The notes beneath the pieces are model-generated. The model saw only the letters and a list, made by a program, of their open reading frames with translations. It was not told the DNA's origin and did no database searches. Made by a program: the position numbers and the translations under genes. 64,000 nt of DNA from Fistulifera solaris (Eukaryota). The first letter of the stretch is position 1. Each line of letters opens with the position of its first letter. The stretch is taken from assembly GCA_030295235.1 (NCBI GenBank), contig AP026135.1, positions 62,001 through 126,000 of the forward strand, in the 5' to 3' direction. Shown in pieces: positions 34,867 to 45,922 of the stretch.

Positions 34867-35673
34867 ATGTTAATTAGATTGATTCTGACTTTATTATGTT
34901 GCTGGAGTATTGCGGGTTATCAGCCTTCACCACGTAAATTATCAGCGGCATCATGGCAGAGAAGTATAGACAAGGCAGCAGTCGAAACGGTTTTATCGTA
35001 TTCTTCGCGACGACGCTTTTTCGGTCAGTTCGCATTGACTGTTACGGCAGGTTCGGTGATCACTACCCAACCTGCTTTCGCGGCTACCTTCACACCCGGA
35101 GGTACATTGGTCGATCGACCCGTCGGCGTCACCATCAACAATCCCGAAGCATCCCCGACGCGCGCGTTTGACAACAGCAACGTCTTGTTTCAACAAGATT
35201 ATTTCTTCAAATTCGGAACGGCCGCCCCCTGGATTGACGAAAGCAATCGATTGGAGTTTCCCACCCAAATGCCCTTTGTCCGAGTGCAACAACGCTACGA
35301 TGCTTTGCAGAAATATGGGACACGCGTGCAACGGGGCTTAGAACAAGTCGCGAGTTTATTGTCAACGAAGAATACAGAGGGAACTGTTCTGGAAGCGGAT
35401 CATCCCGTTTACGCGTTACGGGCACTCGGATTGTTGGCGAATAGTTTCTGTGCGTCCGAAAATACGGGGACGACCAATGAACTCTTGTTGGCGCGGTATT
35501 ATGTCAACGAAATCTATCTCGGCATCAACGATATTCGAATGAATCCTGATCGAACCAAACAAGCGTATCGCTCGTGTCTCAAAGCAACAAACTCTTATTT
35601 GAATATGATGAATCGAGTTATTACGCCCAAAGTGGGTGAGCCTTTTGTTTTGTTAGATATCACGGACGCCTGA
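34867..35673 (+). CDS. Probable plastid thylakoid-lumen protein of unknown function
   Basis: Signal peptide, then SSRRRFF + hydrophobic stretch + AFA (Tat-type lumen transit pattern). Confidence 0.65.
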   Translation: MLIRLILTLLCCWSIAGYQPSPRKLSAASWQRSIDKAAVETVLSYSSRRRFFGQFALTVTAGSVITTQPAFAATFTPGGTLVDRPVGVTINNPEASPTRAFDNSNVLFQQDYFFKFGTAAPWIDESNRLEFPTQMPFVRVQQRYDALQKYGTRVQRGLEQVASLLSTKNTEGTVLEADHPVYALRALGLLANSFCASENTGTTNELLLARYYVNEIYLGINDIRMNPDRTKQAYRSCLKATNSYLNMMNRVITPKVGEPFVLLDITDA

Positions 35674-35801
35674 GGACAATCGCTAATTTGTGAAAAACCA
35701 GGTTCATATGCTAGGCAGTTAATAGAACAATTAATCATGCAAGTTCTTTCTATATGATTATTATCTTTGTACATTCTCTATTTCATTCATAATCATTTCG
35801 T

Positions 35802-36307
35802 TTAAACGAGGAAACCCAAGTCACCACCGTTCTTCTTGGCCAATTTCACCAAATTCGTTCGTAGCGTTCTAGGTGCTTCGGCCAACCATTCTTCCATATC
35901 AATGGATCCATTCTCGTCACGATCGGCACGAGCAAAGATACCCTTCAGTTGTTTTTCCTTCAAAAACGCACCAAAACCCAATGCTTGTAACGCGACGACG
36001 AGTTCATCTTCTTCAATGACACCATTCTTGTTGATATCTGCCAATTCAAACAATTTTCGCAGCATCGTCTGGCCAAATTCTGTTTCGGCGGTATCCACGA
36101 AACGACCAATGACGTCCGAGTGTAGGGAAATGGCGTTGCCGCGGATCTTGTTGAGACGTTCCTCTCCCAATACTCCCTTGGCGGCAAGAACCACGGGAGA
36201 AAAGATGCCGTTCTTGTGATGATCATCAGCTTTCTTCTTGGGAGTATTCTTTTTGGGTGGTTCTTGTGGAACCAAATTGTGGTCGTGGTCAGCGGTGGCC
36301 ACAGAAG
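35802..36307 (-). pseudogene. 5'-truncated copy of the EF-hand gene
   Basis: Identical to 36960..37465 but lacks the presequence and promoter. Confidence 0.7.
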
Positions 36308-36831
36308 CATCCCCGACGCGCGCGTTTGACAACAGCAACGTCTTGTTTCAACAAGATTATTTCTTCAAATTCGGAACGGCCGCCCCCTGGATTGACGAAA
36401 GCAATCGATTGGAGTTTCCCACCCAAATGCCCTTTGTCCGAGTGCAACAACGCTACGATGCTTTGCAGAAATATGGGACACGCGTGCAACGGGGCTTAGA
36501 ACAAGTCGCGAGTTTATTGTCAACGAAGAATACAGAGGGAACTGTTCTGGAAGCGGATCATCCCGTTTACGCGTTACGGGCACTCGGATTGTTGGCGAAT
36601 AGTTTCTGTGCGTCCGAAAATACGGGGACGACCAATGAACTCTTGTTGGCGCGGTATTATGTCAACGAAATCTATCTCGGCATCAACGATATTCGAATGA
36701 ATCCTGATCGAACCAAACAAGCGTATCGCTCGTGTCTCAAAGCAACAAACTCTTATTTGAATATGATGAATCGAGTTATTACGCCCAAAGTGGGTGAGCC
36801 TTTTGTTTTGTTAGATATCACGGACGCCTGA
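36304..36831 (+). pseudogene. 5'-truncated copy of the lumen-protein gene
   Basis: Identical to 35146..35673; lacks the presequence and promoter. Confidence 0.7.
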
Positions 36832-36959
36832 GGACAATCGCTAATTTGTGAAAAACCAGGTTCATATGCTAGGCAGTTAATAGAACAATTAATCATGCAA
36901 GTTCTTTCTATATGATTATTATCTTTGTACATTCTCTATTTCATTCATAATCATTTCGT

Positions 36960-37592
36960 TTAAACGAGGAAACCCAAGTCACCACCGTTCTTCTTGGCCA
37001 ATTTCACCAAATTCGTTCGTAGCGTTCTAGGTGCTTCGGCCAACCATTCTTCCATATCAATGGATCCATTCTCGTCACGATCGGCACGAGCAAAGATACC
37101 CTTCAGTTGTTTTTCCTTCAAAAACGCACCAAAACCCAATGCTTGTAACGCGACGACGAGTTCATCTTCTTCAATGACACCATTCTTGTTGATATCTGCC
37201 AATTCAAACAATTTTCGCAGCATCGTCTGGCCAAATTCTGTTTCGGCGGTATCCACGAAACGACCAATGACGTCCGAGTGTAGGGAAATGGCGTTGCCGC
37301 GGATCTTGTTGAGACGTTCCTCTCCCAATACTCCCTTGGCGGCAAGAACCACGGGAGAAAAGATGCCGTTCTTGTGATGATCATCAGCTTTCTTCTTGGG
37401 AGTATTCTTTTTGGGTGGTTCTTGTGGAACCAAATTGTGGTCGTGGTCAGCGGTGGCCACAGAAGAAAAGATGATGTTGCTCGGTGGGGCAACAACCGAG
37501 TGAGGTCGAATCACAAAGGCTGCTGACGACATCATCATGGCGGAAGAAGCCATGATTGTCGCAATTAGTTTCAGATTTTTACGGTTCTTCAT
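36960..37592 (-). CDS. Plastid-targeted two-EF-hand calcium-binding protein
   Basis: SSAAFVIRP (ASAFAP-like); EF loops DINKNGVIEEDE and DRDENGSIDMEE. Confidence 0.85.
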   Translation of the reverse strand: MKNRKNLKLIATIMASSAMMMSSAAFVIRPHSVVAPPSNIIFSSVATADHDHNLVPQEPPKKNTPKKKADDHHKNGIFSPVVLAAKGVLGEERLNKIRGNAISLHSDVIGRFVDTAETEFGQTMLRKLFELADINKNGVIEEDELVVALQALGFGAFLKEKQLKGIFARADRDENGSIDMEEWLAEAPRTLRTNLVKLAKKNGGDLGFLV

Positions 37593-38083
37593 GTTTGCTT
37601 TGCAAAAAGGGGTGATTGTAGAATGATAATGTTTCTTTGCAACTTGTTTGTTTTATGAGAACATGGGAAAAGATAACGCAGAGAAAGCAATGGCTGAACT
37701 GATGCTGACGAAAGCTTGTTGTTGGCGAAACACGAACCAAAAAAGTGCTCACATTGTGAGAAACTGACTCATTCGCATCGGAAATTGGAACATTCGACTG
37801 AGTTCCGATTCGTGGAAGTTCTCTGACTATCGAGCATTGTGTGGCCAGCCGTCTGCAGTTGCTGTTTCGGAATACGTGGAATGTACACCTCAGTGCGGAA
37901 TATCGACACTTTGTGACTCTGATTCAGAAACAAGAAGATGACACGTCAGTTTGTAGAGTCAAGCTAGAAGTAGGACTTTTCTGAGTACTACTTGGTTTGT
38001 CGTCTCTCGTTCTTCCCCACGCTTCCATGCCTTCGTCACCGTTCACACCTCACACCGTGCCAAGCACGGAAAAGGGAACAGGG

Positions 38084-39235
38084 TGACATGACTCACAAGG
38101 AGATTAGAGGAGTAATAGAGGATATCACGGTAATGATGGATATTATATATTATGTAATGAATATGGAATCGAATAGAATGAGATCCGTTCTCATAATATG
38201 AGAACCGTTCGGATAATAAAGGACCGACGACGACAGACCGTAAGGTCACTGCATTCTGCCTCCAAAAGTTTATGTCGAAGACGAAGGCAAAAAGATAAAC
38301 TTTTTGAAAAAAATAATGCCGTCGGACCGCATCGGATAGCAGGAGGAAAAAAAGGCTGAGAAGATGAAAACTTTTAATGAAGTGAAAAACCTCTTTAAAA
38401 AACCTCCTTTGAATGTGGATAATCTGTGTAAAAAGAATTGTGTCAATAAGTTCATCTCCTCTTTTCGAGTGAGGTAGAGGCTGCTTTCCCCTGATCTTCT
38501 CCCTTTCATAAGAGAGATCTTTTACTGATTTTGAATCTCCTCTTTTGAGTGAGATCAATGGCTGTTTTTCCGTTGATCTTCTCCTTTTTATAAGATAGAT
38601 CTTTGAGTTGATTCTCCTCTTTTCGAGTGAGATCATTGTTTAATTGAAGTCTCCTCTTTATGAGTGAGATCTTTCTTTGATTCAAGTCTCCTCTTTCGAG
38701 TGAGATCTTTGTTCAATTCAAATCTCCTCTTTTCGAGTGAGATCTTTTTATTCAAGTCTCCTCTTTATGAGTGAGACAAAGGCTGCTTTCCCCTTCGTTC
38801 TCCTTTTGAGAAATCGAATAAAATGTGGTCATTTCAATTATCCTTTTTGGATGATAAATAATCGCAAGTCTCTTTTCTGCTTTGCGATAAAAACTGGTAA
38901 GATTGTAACTTTCTTTCAATGTAAAGAAACAAGCAATATTCGAAATACTTTCCTTTTGTATCAATAGATTTTCATCGTTCCATTTCTCTTGATGTCGATC
39001 TTTTTCAATCGTTTTCTTTTTCATCTTATTCTCCTGCAAGCGTAAGAATTGTGATGTGATGTGATCACAATGACATGACTCACAAGGAGATTAGAGGAGT
39101 AATAGAGGATATCATGGTAATGATGGATATTATATATTATGTAATGAATATGGAATCGAATAGAATGAGATCCGTTCTCATAATATGAGAACCGTTCGGA
39201 TAATAAAGGACCGACGACGACAGACCGTCAGGTCA
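38084..39235. mobile_element. Non-autonomous LTR-like (TRIM-like) element with 165-bp terminal direct repeats
   Basis: 38084-38248 and 39071-39235 differ at 2 positions; termini TGAC...GTCA; 822-bp AT-rich interior with no RT, integrase or transposase. Confidence 0.75.
38455..38812. repeat. Array of ~10 hairpin-forming repeats (core TCTCCTCTTTTCGAGTGAGATC), period 34-41 bp
   Basis: Units at ~38455, 38493, 38536, 38575, 38613, 38650, 38687, 38723, 38757 and 38798. Confidence 0.9.
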
Positions 39236-39503
39236 CGGCACAGGGAACAGCGTGAAAAGTGACTCCCGAAAATCGGAACTCTGAACTCTGAACTCTCCGA
39301 CTCCGCGCTATTGCAACGCACTCATCGGCGTGTCGGCGTGTCTGACACACGACAAAGCGAGATCGGCATGACGATGTGGGAAACGGTCAGCAAACCGAAG
39401 GAACAAATGAACAAGTGATGGCTTGTGCCATCCATGATTGCATAGTCCAATGCGAAAACCGTTCTTTCATTTTGTCTTCGTAACGAGTCTTCATAAAAAT
39501 ACT

Positions 39504-39983
39504 ATGAGCAAAATGACCTTGATTTTATTGATCACCTTTCTCGTGTTGAGCCTTCACAGAACATCTGGTTTCGTGTCAACGACGCCCAGAAATATGCACG
39601 CATTCGGTTTATCGGCTGTCACGCGCCATGAAGAAGTACGCCCTGTTCCCGTTGTTATGCATATACAAGAACTACTCGGTCGACAGCGCTGGCAGCAGCT
39701 GCAATTGGATCATCATTCGCACTTGATCGTTGGTTTGGAGAATGCCAATCCCGAATTCGGCCGCAATGTTTTGTCACAACTGTTTGATTCGAGTGCCACT
39801 CCTGGCATGAGTGAGTCTCAACTGGATCGGGCACTGCGATCACTGGGATATGTCTGGCTGCGTCAACAGCAATTGAACAAAGTATTTCCTCACGCGAAAT
39901 CGGTCAAGGCCCGTGATTTGAAGCGTCTTTTGGTGGGAAATCCTCATCGACTGAGAAATGCGCTGCTCAACTTGGCGGCCTGA
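39504..39983 (+). CDS. Diverged paralog of the EF-hand protein lacking both EF loops; signal/plastid presequence
   Basis: EFGRNVLSQLF / ALRSLGY / LRNALLNLA align with EFGQTMLRKLF / ALQALGF / LRTNLVKLA. Confidence 0.7.
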   Translation: MSKMTLILLITFLVLSLHRTSGFVSTTPRNMHAFGLSAVTRHEEVRPVPVVMHIQELLGRQRWQQLQLDHHSHLIVGLENANPEFGRNVLSQLFDSSATPGMSESQLDRALRSLGYVWLRQQQLNKVFPHAKSVKARDLKRLLVGNPHRLRNALLNLAA

Positions 39984-40090
39984 TCCATTTTTGAAACTAC
40001 TTGGTGTGATTGTCATCGTTAAAGTAACTTGGAAACTAGTAATGTAATTTGTAAAAAGAGCAATGATTATATTTATAGCCCTTCTGTTGA

Positions 40091-40970
40091 TCAAACACTC
40101 GAACGACGTTCTTTGGCTCGCAGCTTGAGTCCTGTGACTGGAGCAGGAATAGCTTGAAAGGTAGACATGACTTTTTGAATTTGTTCTTCGCTGCCCTTTT
40201 TCCACCGTAACGCCGACGCTGATCCGACCAAAAGAACCGCCTGTTGCGAGCCAGATGGGATGGTGGCGACAATCCGAGCCCGACGTGGAATCTCCGATTG
40301 TGTGCTTTGACTGAGCGTCGAGAATGACACGTCCATGACTTTATAAGACGATCCGTTATTTCTCTGAATCAGACTCGATGACTTGACTTTGACATCCGTG
40401 GGTGAACCATAAAACGAGAAACGACCCGTGGGTGCGAATAAATCATTCAGAAAGAAAGCATCACTCAATTGAGCTAGCGATTGACCCGATGTTTTCCGCG
40501 AAACCGCCAAGAAAGCACCATCGCCTGTACTCGGATCACGACATTCCACATCAAAGACAGTACCCGTTTGCAAGGGCCACGGGGATGAAAAAAGATGCCA
40601 GAATGGGCACCATGTTGTCACCACCGCTCACCAGTATTTCGGCCAAGACATCTCCGGATCGTGGGTCACGAGACACTTCACTGCCGTCCCGTAGAACGAC
40701 ACCGGTCTCTGGTCTTGATTTACCCGCCTGTCCACTGACTCCCATGGGATTGGACACAAAACCATTGCGTAGATAGTCCTCAACATTTAGACGATCTGGA
40801 ATTTCTTTATCTTCGGCGTTGACTTGTGTCGACACGACCGTTGTGATAGCACCTGTAGTAAATGCCCCGATGGCCTGACGACGATTACACAGAGACGAAA
40901 GGGCGACTACTGTAGAAGGCGCCACGTAGAGCGTAGCAAGAAGAAAGGATGTCCTTTGCATGGATTTCAT
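40091..40970 (-). CDS. Thylakoid-lumen protein, possibly PsbP-like fold
   Basis: Signal peptide + NRRQAI...VNA twin-Arg transit; one indel at the A run ~40588-40593; C-terminal LLVGSASALRWKK...VMSTFQA resembles PsbP-domain ends. Confidence 0.6.
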
Positions 40971-41905
40971 GGCGATGAGATTTGTAAACGATTGTGATGC
41001 TTTCTCGTCCGAAGATCGGCTTTTTTGTTGTCATCGCTGTGCTTGATCGCATGCTGGCAGTGTTTCAAAGAATAAGAAGAGTTGTCTGACGTGTGCGCGT
41101 GCGAACGAGAACTCATGACTCACTAATGAGGACGAATTGCTCGAGTCACGAGGCGTATGTCATCAGATTATTTTACAAGGGTAAAAAATAGACTTGATAA
41201 CATTTATTCCTAATTTCCTAAAGTTAGAATGCAATTTTGACATTCGACTGATTTTTCCGTTGTCTTTTCTATTTTCTCACAAATATTTCAAACTCCCTGA
41301 TGGTTGAACATAGATTTTGAACAAATACCAGGTACGGACTTTAGAAACATAGAGAACAAAATAAAAAGGCAGATTCGGTCTATCTCCGTTGAAAATAATT
41401 ACGGACCAGAAGCCAAAGAAAATGCAAACGAACGTCAAATTTGCATTTCTGCCTTGAGGAAATTAGGAATAAATACTACTAGTATATACGGAGTATGTGT
41501 TATGATAAAAAAAATAAAAAGGGTACAGATAAAAGATTTCCTCGCGAATGAATCGTTCGTGTTTGCTCACCAAGTGAAATCGAAACACTGCGAATTCAAA
41601 CGAGGAGGGCTCTTTTACTACTACAAAACGGCGAAACGGATCGAAAGAGCTTCCGAGTCGCTTCATCTGGCTCTATCATGCTCCGAACCTTCGATTTTAC
41701 TGTATACAAATAGTGTAGCTGGACGAGGAACGCAAAAGTCAATCTTCTCACGAAAGTTTAATTTATGCCGTTTCAGGCGCAACGTGAAGTAGAGTTCTCG
41801 AAAAGCGTTACCCACCAAAAAGAGAATGAGACGATGCGAAGAACTTTGTTGCTTTCTGGAAAACCACATTGCTACGGTAACAAACCGATTTGAATCATCC
41901 TTCCA

Positions 41906-43064
41906 ATGCGAGCCATTCTCCCCAGAATTGTAGGCACAGTCGCAATCGCTGGCATGATTGCCTTGCGGTCCAGGTCGGAACAGGGTTTTGTCGAACATAG
42001 GGTCGAGAAGGCCGTTACGGACAAGCCGCTCCGACTCGTCTTTCACGTCGGGCCCGGGAAAATGGGCAGTTCCACTCTGCAGAAAGCACTCCTTATGACA
42101 ACCTTGCCAGACGATGGATGGATTTCGTACAGTCACATCCAACTCGGCGCATTGAATCGCTGTCTGGCTCGAAAGAGTTGCAAATCGCACCAAATCGATC
42201 AATTTCGAGCCTTTGTTCATCAAGCCGAACAAGATCGTCGTCACATTGTACTGAGTACCGAGACATGGTTCAGTGTGTCGAATGAATTGCGTTGGTATCA
42301 AGAATTGTTTCGCAACACCTTGTATCAAGTAACCATGGTGGTGGCGTATCGACGTTATTATGATTGGTTGCCGAGTCGCTATTATCAACTGAATCGCTTT
42401 CGATGTCGACCCAATCCCGCCAATAAAGGACGGAACAATGTCAACTTAGGACGTCCCATTCCTCCCTTGCACAAGTATTTGAGTCATACACCTTTCGATC
42501 ACCCGACCGTCCGCAAAATCGAGCGTGTTTCCAGGTACTTTGATCGTATCGAAGTAATCAATATAGAACGAGGAAATTTACTGGAACAGTTCTTTTGTGA
42601 AATACTCGATGCCACCGAAACTTGTCAAAGACTGCAAGCGGGCCATTCTCCGTTCGCTGTAAATCAAGGCGAGACCCTTTCCTTCGATCGTCTCGCACAA
42701 TATTTGATCGAACACGATCTGGTGAATTCGTCCCAAATTGACGAGTTGTTGAAAGAATTGCAAATCAAAGTACCCAATTACGGAAAGGCCTCGAAAGAAT
42801 GTGCGGCATTGTCTTTAATATTAGAGGAACAGGAGAAACAAAATCATGATTTGAAACTGGACAAGGCTTCACTGGTTTGCCCGTCCTGGAATGTCACCGA
42901 TCGGCTTTTTTTCTTTCAGTGCCGAAACCGAACGCGCTTTGTTTCCCCAAGACTTTTCGTATGAAACAATGTGGAATGATTTCGCATCGAAACTGAATAC
43001 AACATCGTTTTGTGATGTGGATTTACAGGCTTTGATTATTCATAATGACGGCTTTGCTAATTAA
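41906..43064 (+). CDS. Membrane-anchored sulfotransferase-like (P-loop) protein
   Basis: LVFHVGPGKMGSSTLQ, IVLSTE, VVAYRRYYDWLPSRYYQ; indel at the T run ~42906-42912 extends the frame to a stop at 43062-43064. Confidence 0.6.
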
Positions 43065-44005
43065 TAATGAAACATTCGATCGTGAGTCGTGAGATCGACT
43101 GCGTTAACGGTTGACGTACAGGATGCTTTAGTACGTTTTTATACGGAGTCGCAACAAGGCGATGTGGAGTCGCAAGGGTCGATTAGCAATATTGCTTCAA
43201 GCTATCGTCGTCCTCATCTCAAAAAAACAACGATACAATTGCTCTTACTAAATCTAGTAAAAAGAGCTTGGTCAAAGTCAGGGCCTAAGCTGTGCTTTGT
43301 AGTCTTGCACTGGAAGTTGTTGCGTCGTATAAATAGCCGGGACTGAACATCTTTTGACGCGTTGAACAAAGATCGCCTAGAAATTGGATTGTAGTAAATT
43401 CCGGAAAAACAATAGTTGCATTTCATTTCTACAACTACATCAAGAGCAACGATACCGATGCAATCGTGACTAAACAGATTGAGCTTTTAGCGTCCCTGTC
43501 TTGATGCACTTCGGAAGTTGCGTTCGACAAATTGCGCGAAGCATTTGCTGGTTGTGACACTCTCATTTCCGTTTCGATCAGATGCAGGCGGTCAAGAAAG
43601 TGAAACTCATCGTGATTCTTATGACTGCCGCTTGTGTCCCAACGACGATAATTCTATGATTGGTAAATTGGTATGTCAGAAGCGCTCGTGGTCACATTCT
43701 TGGGACAAATCGGATGTGCTTTTTGTGATCAGAAGTTCCGTTGCGTCATTGGGCAGCGGAGTACATGCGGCAGCCTTGCTCGAGACTCATGGCGAAGTCT
43801 TTGCCACGAATGCGGGATTGCCATTTGTTTCACCACTGGTGGTGCCGCAGCTACGGCCTCGATGGAGAAGTTATAAGAAAACGCTCTCTAAACAATATAA
43901 CTTCGTTGTGTTAGGCCCCTATTTTGTCGGAAAATCCCTCCTTGCAACCCTTATCCTGCACTGAGGGCTTTCGCTAGGGGCCTTTGCGTTAAGAAAAGCG
44001 ACCTT

Positions 44006-45318
44006 TTAGATATTTTGAACTTGCAAGAGTAGTCCAGTGGTCTTCCTGTTTCGAAAGAATCGAGCAAGCTTTCGGAAAGGAAGGAATCGTTTGCCGAAGT
44101 AAGTTACATCGGCCGCATCATCTCGCATTGCATTCCAAACTTGATCGGGTGTCCATGTCGGATTGGCATGCAAATAAAGAGCGGCTGCTCCTGCTACGTG
44201 CGGTGCAGCCATACTTGTACCACTAAAAGAACCTATGTGTAAATCGCTGTATGCAATAGCAGAGTTAATGTTGACTCCTGGTGCAAAGATATCAACACAT
44301 GCACCGTGATTGGAAAACGTAGCTACTCTGTCATTCCAGACAGATGCCCCAACCGTGATGGCTCGAGGAACATAAGCCGGAATAAAGCGACATGAATTTC
44401 GCGCCTCATTTCCCGCGGCTGTAACGACTACAATGCCAGCCGCCACAGCATCATCAATTTCTTGGATTCTTTCAAATAGGCGCCGGGAGCCCAAAGACAT
44501 GTTAATGATCATGGGTGTGTCGGGGTTGATAATTTTTGGTCAATCACATATTCTATGCCCGCGATTATCGTGGAGGAGGTAGTCGATTGGCTTGTACCAA
44601 ATAAGTCCACGCTTACTAGAGTGACATTCTTGGCGACTCCAAACCTTAATCCTCCTATGATGCCCGCAACGTGTGTGCCATGGTCGTCATAGTATTCACA
44701 AAATTCAGTGGTAATACTTTTGCAAGCAACGACCCGGCTGCCAAATTCATAATGGGTGTTACGAATGGCCCCATCAAGAACGTATACTTGTACTCCAGAA
44801 CCATCGTAAGTGTACTCGTAGGACTTGTCTAGTGGAAGTTTGGCTTGGTCGATTCGATCGAGGCCCCAATTTTGCGGGTCAGTTTGTACAGTGTACTTGC
44901 TGACCCAAAAATCCTACGAAATATAAGGAGCAAAGATAAGCATGAGCAGGATAGGAACGATGAAGTATGATGAAAAATCAAGTTCTTGTACGCTCATGTT
45001 GCCACGCCTTTCTTTCCGTACCTGAATAACTTTTGTGACATCTGGATCCTTTAGTAACGCTCGGTGATGCTCGTCATGGATTCCTGCCACCACTATTGCA
45101 CGTTTCAATTCTCGCACGATATGAAACGACTCCGACGATGATGCTACAGCAGATGTGGGTGCGAAGAACAGTCTCTCGTTGGCCGAGGCCCGATCGGCAT
45201 CTTCGGCATAGTAGACAATGTATTGACCTGGAATCGATTCGTTTGCGGAGGTCTGAGATAGGACAAGTTTGGAAGCAACCGACGCAAAGAGAAGTAAAGA
45301 TAGAATGCAGCGGTTCAT
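44006..45318 (-). CDS. Secreted subtilisin-like serine protease (S8, proteinase K-like) with I9 propeptide
   Basis: Signal peptide, IPGQYIV, intron 45021-44914, NWGLDRIDQ, catalytic VYVLDG / HGTHVAG / GTSMAAPHVAG; indel near 44535. Confidence 0.9.
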
Positions 45319-45922
45319 GCTGATGCAGAAAGATACGGACGAAGAATGATTTCACCGAGAATCAGAATGCTCAATGACCCATTGAGCAAGAAATGCGTAG
45401 TATACAAGTGCGTCTGTGCAGGGATCGTTTCTCGTGCATACCAATTGCTTTATGAGCAATGTGCAATGTGCAATGTGCACCGGTAACATGAATAATAAAA
45501 GTGTTGATGACAAAAATCACCGCTAATGTCTAACGACACCCACCGCAAGCCCTAAAGATTGTCTTCCGTCTTTTCGTGGGCTTTTATACTTCTTGGTTCT
45601 TGGATCTTGGATCTTGGATAGCTATTATTAAGGAGCGGCAGTATTAAGTCACCATTACCGGTACCCTGTACCAGGTAACCAGTCACCAGTCACCACCAGT
45701 CACCAGCTTCGGGGAACCAGTACTGTAACCTGTTTTACAATAAACAACTATTGGTGTAGATATTTAGTAGACTTATTGGGACTTCTCGATTATTTATGAC
45801 CAAGCCATTCCATCTTCGATCTTTTCGGCCCGAGGCCTGAGCACTGTGCACCCAGCAACCAACCCTCATTTTCAAAAACAAAACATTTACTTCCATGTAA
45901 CTAACGATATTAGTCCTCTAGA

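Larger units (their letters stand above)
35146..37465. repeat. 1,158-bp tandem duplication (35146-36303 / 36304-37461) with GAAG junction microhomology
   Basis: ORFs recur at +1158; GAAG at 35146, 36304 and 37462. Confidence 0.95.

Noticed and set aside
38084..38248. Hammerhead ribozyme (retrozyme/Penelope-type) in the terminal repeats
   Set aside because: No CTGAnGA...GAAA core seen on either strand.
38043..38636. 197-aa minus-strand ORF
   Set aside because: Non-ATG start, runs through the hairpin array and terminal repeat, and has no recognisable domain.
38455..38812. CRISPR array
   Set aside because: The linkers are only ~11-20 nt and resemble each other, the repeats are degenerate, there are no cas genes, and the context is eukaryotic.
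41304..41792. 162-aa ORF in an AT-rich stretch
   Set aside because: TTG start and no recognisable motif; may be spurious or a relic.
43089..43964. Short ORFs between the sulfotransferase-like and subtilisin genes
   Set aside because: Non-ATG starts and no domain signal.
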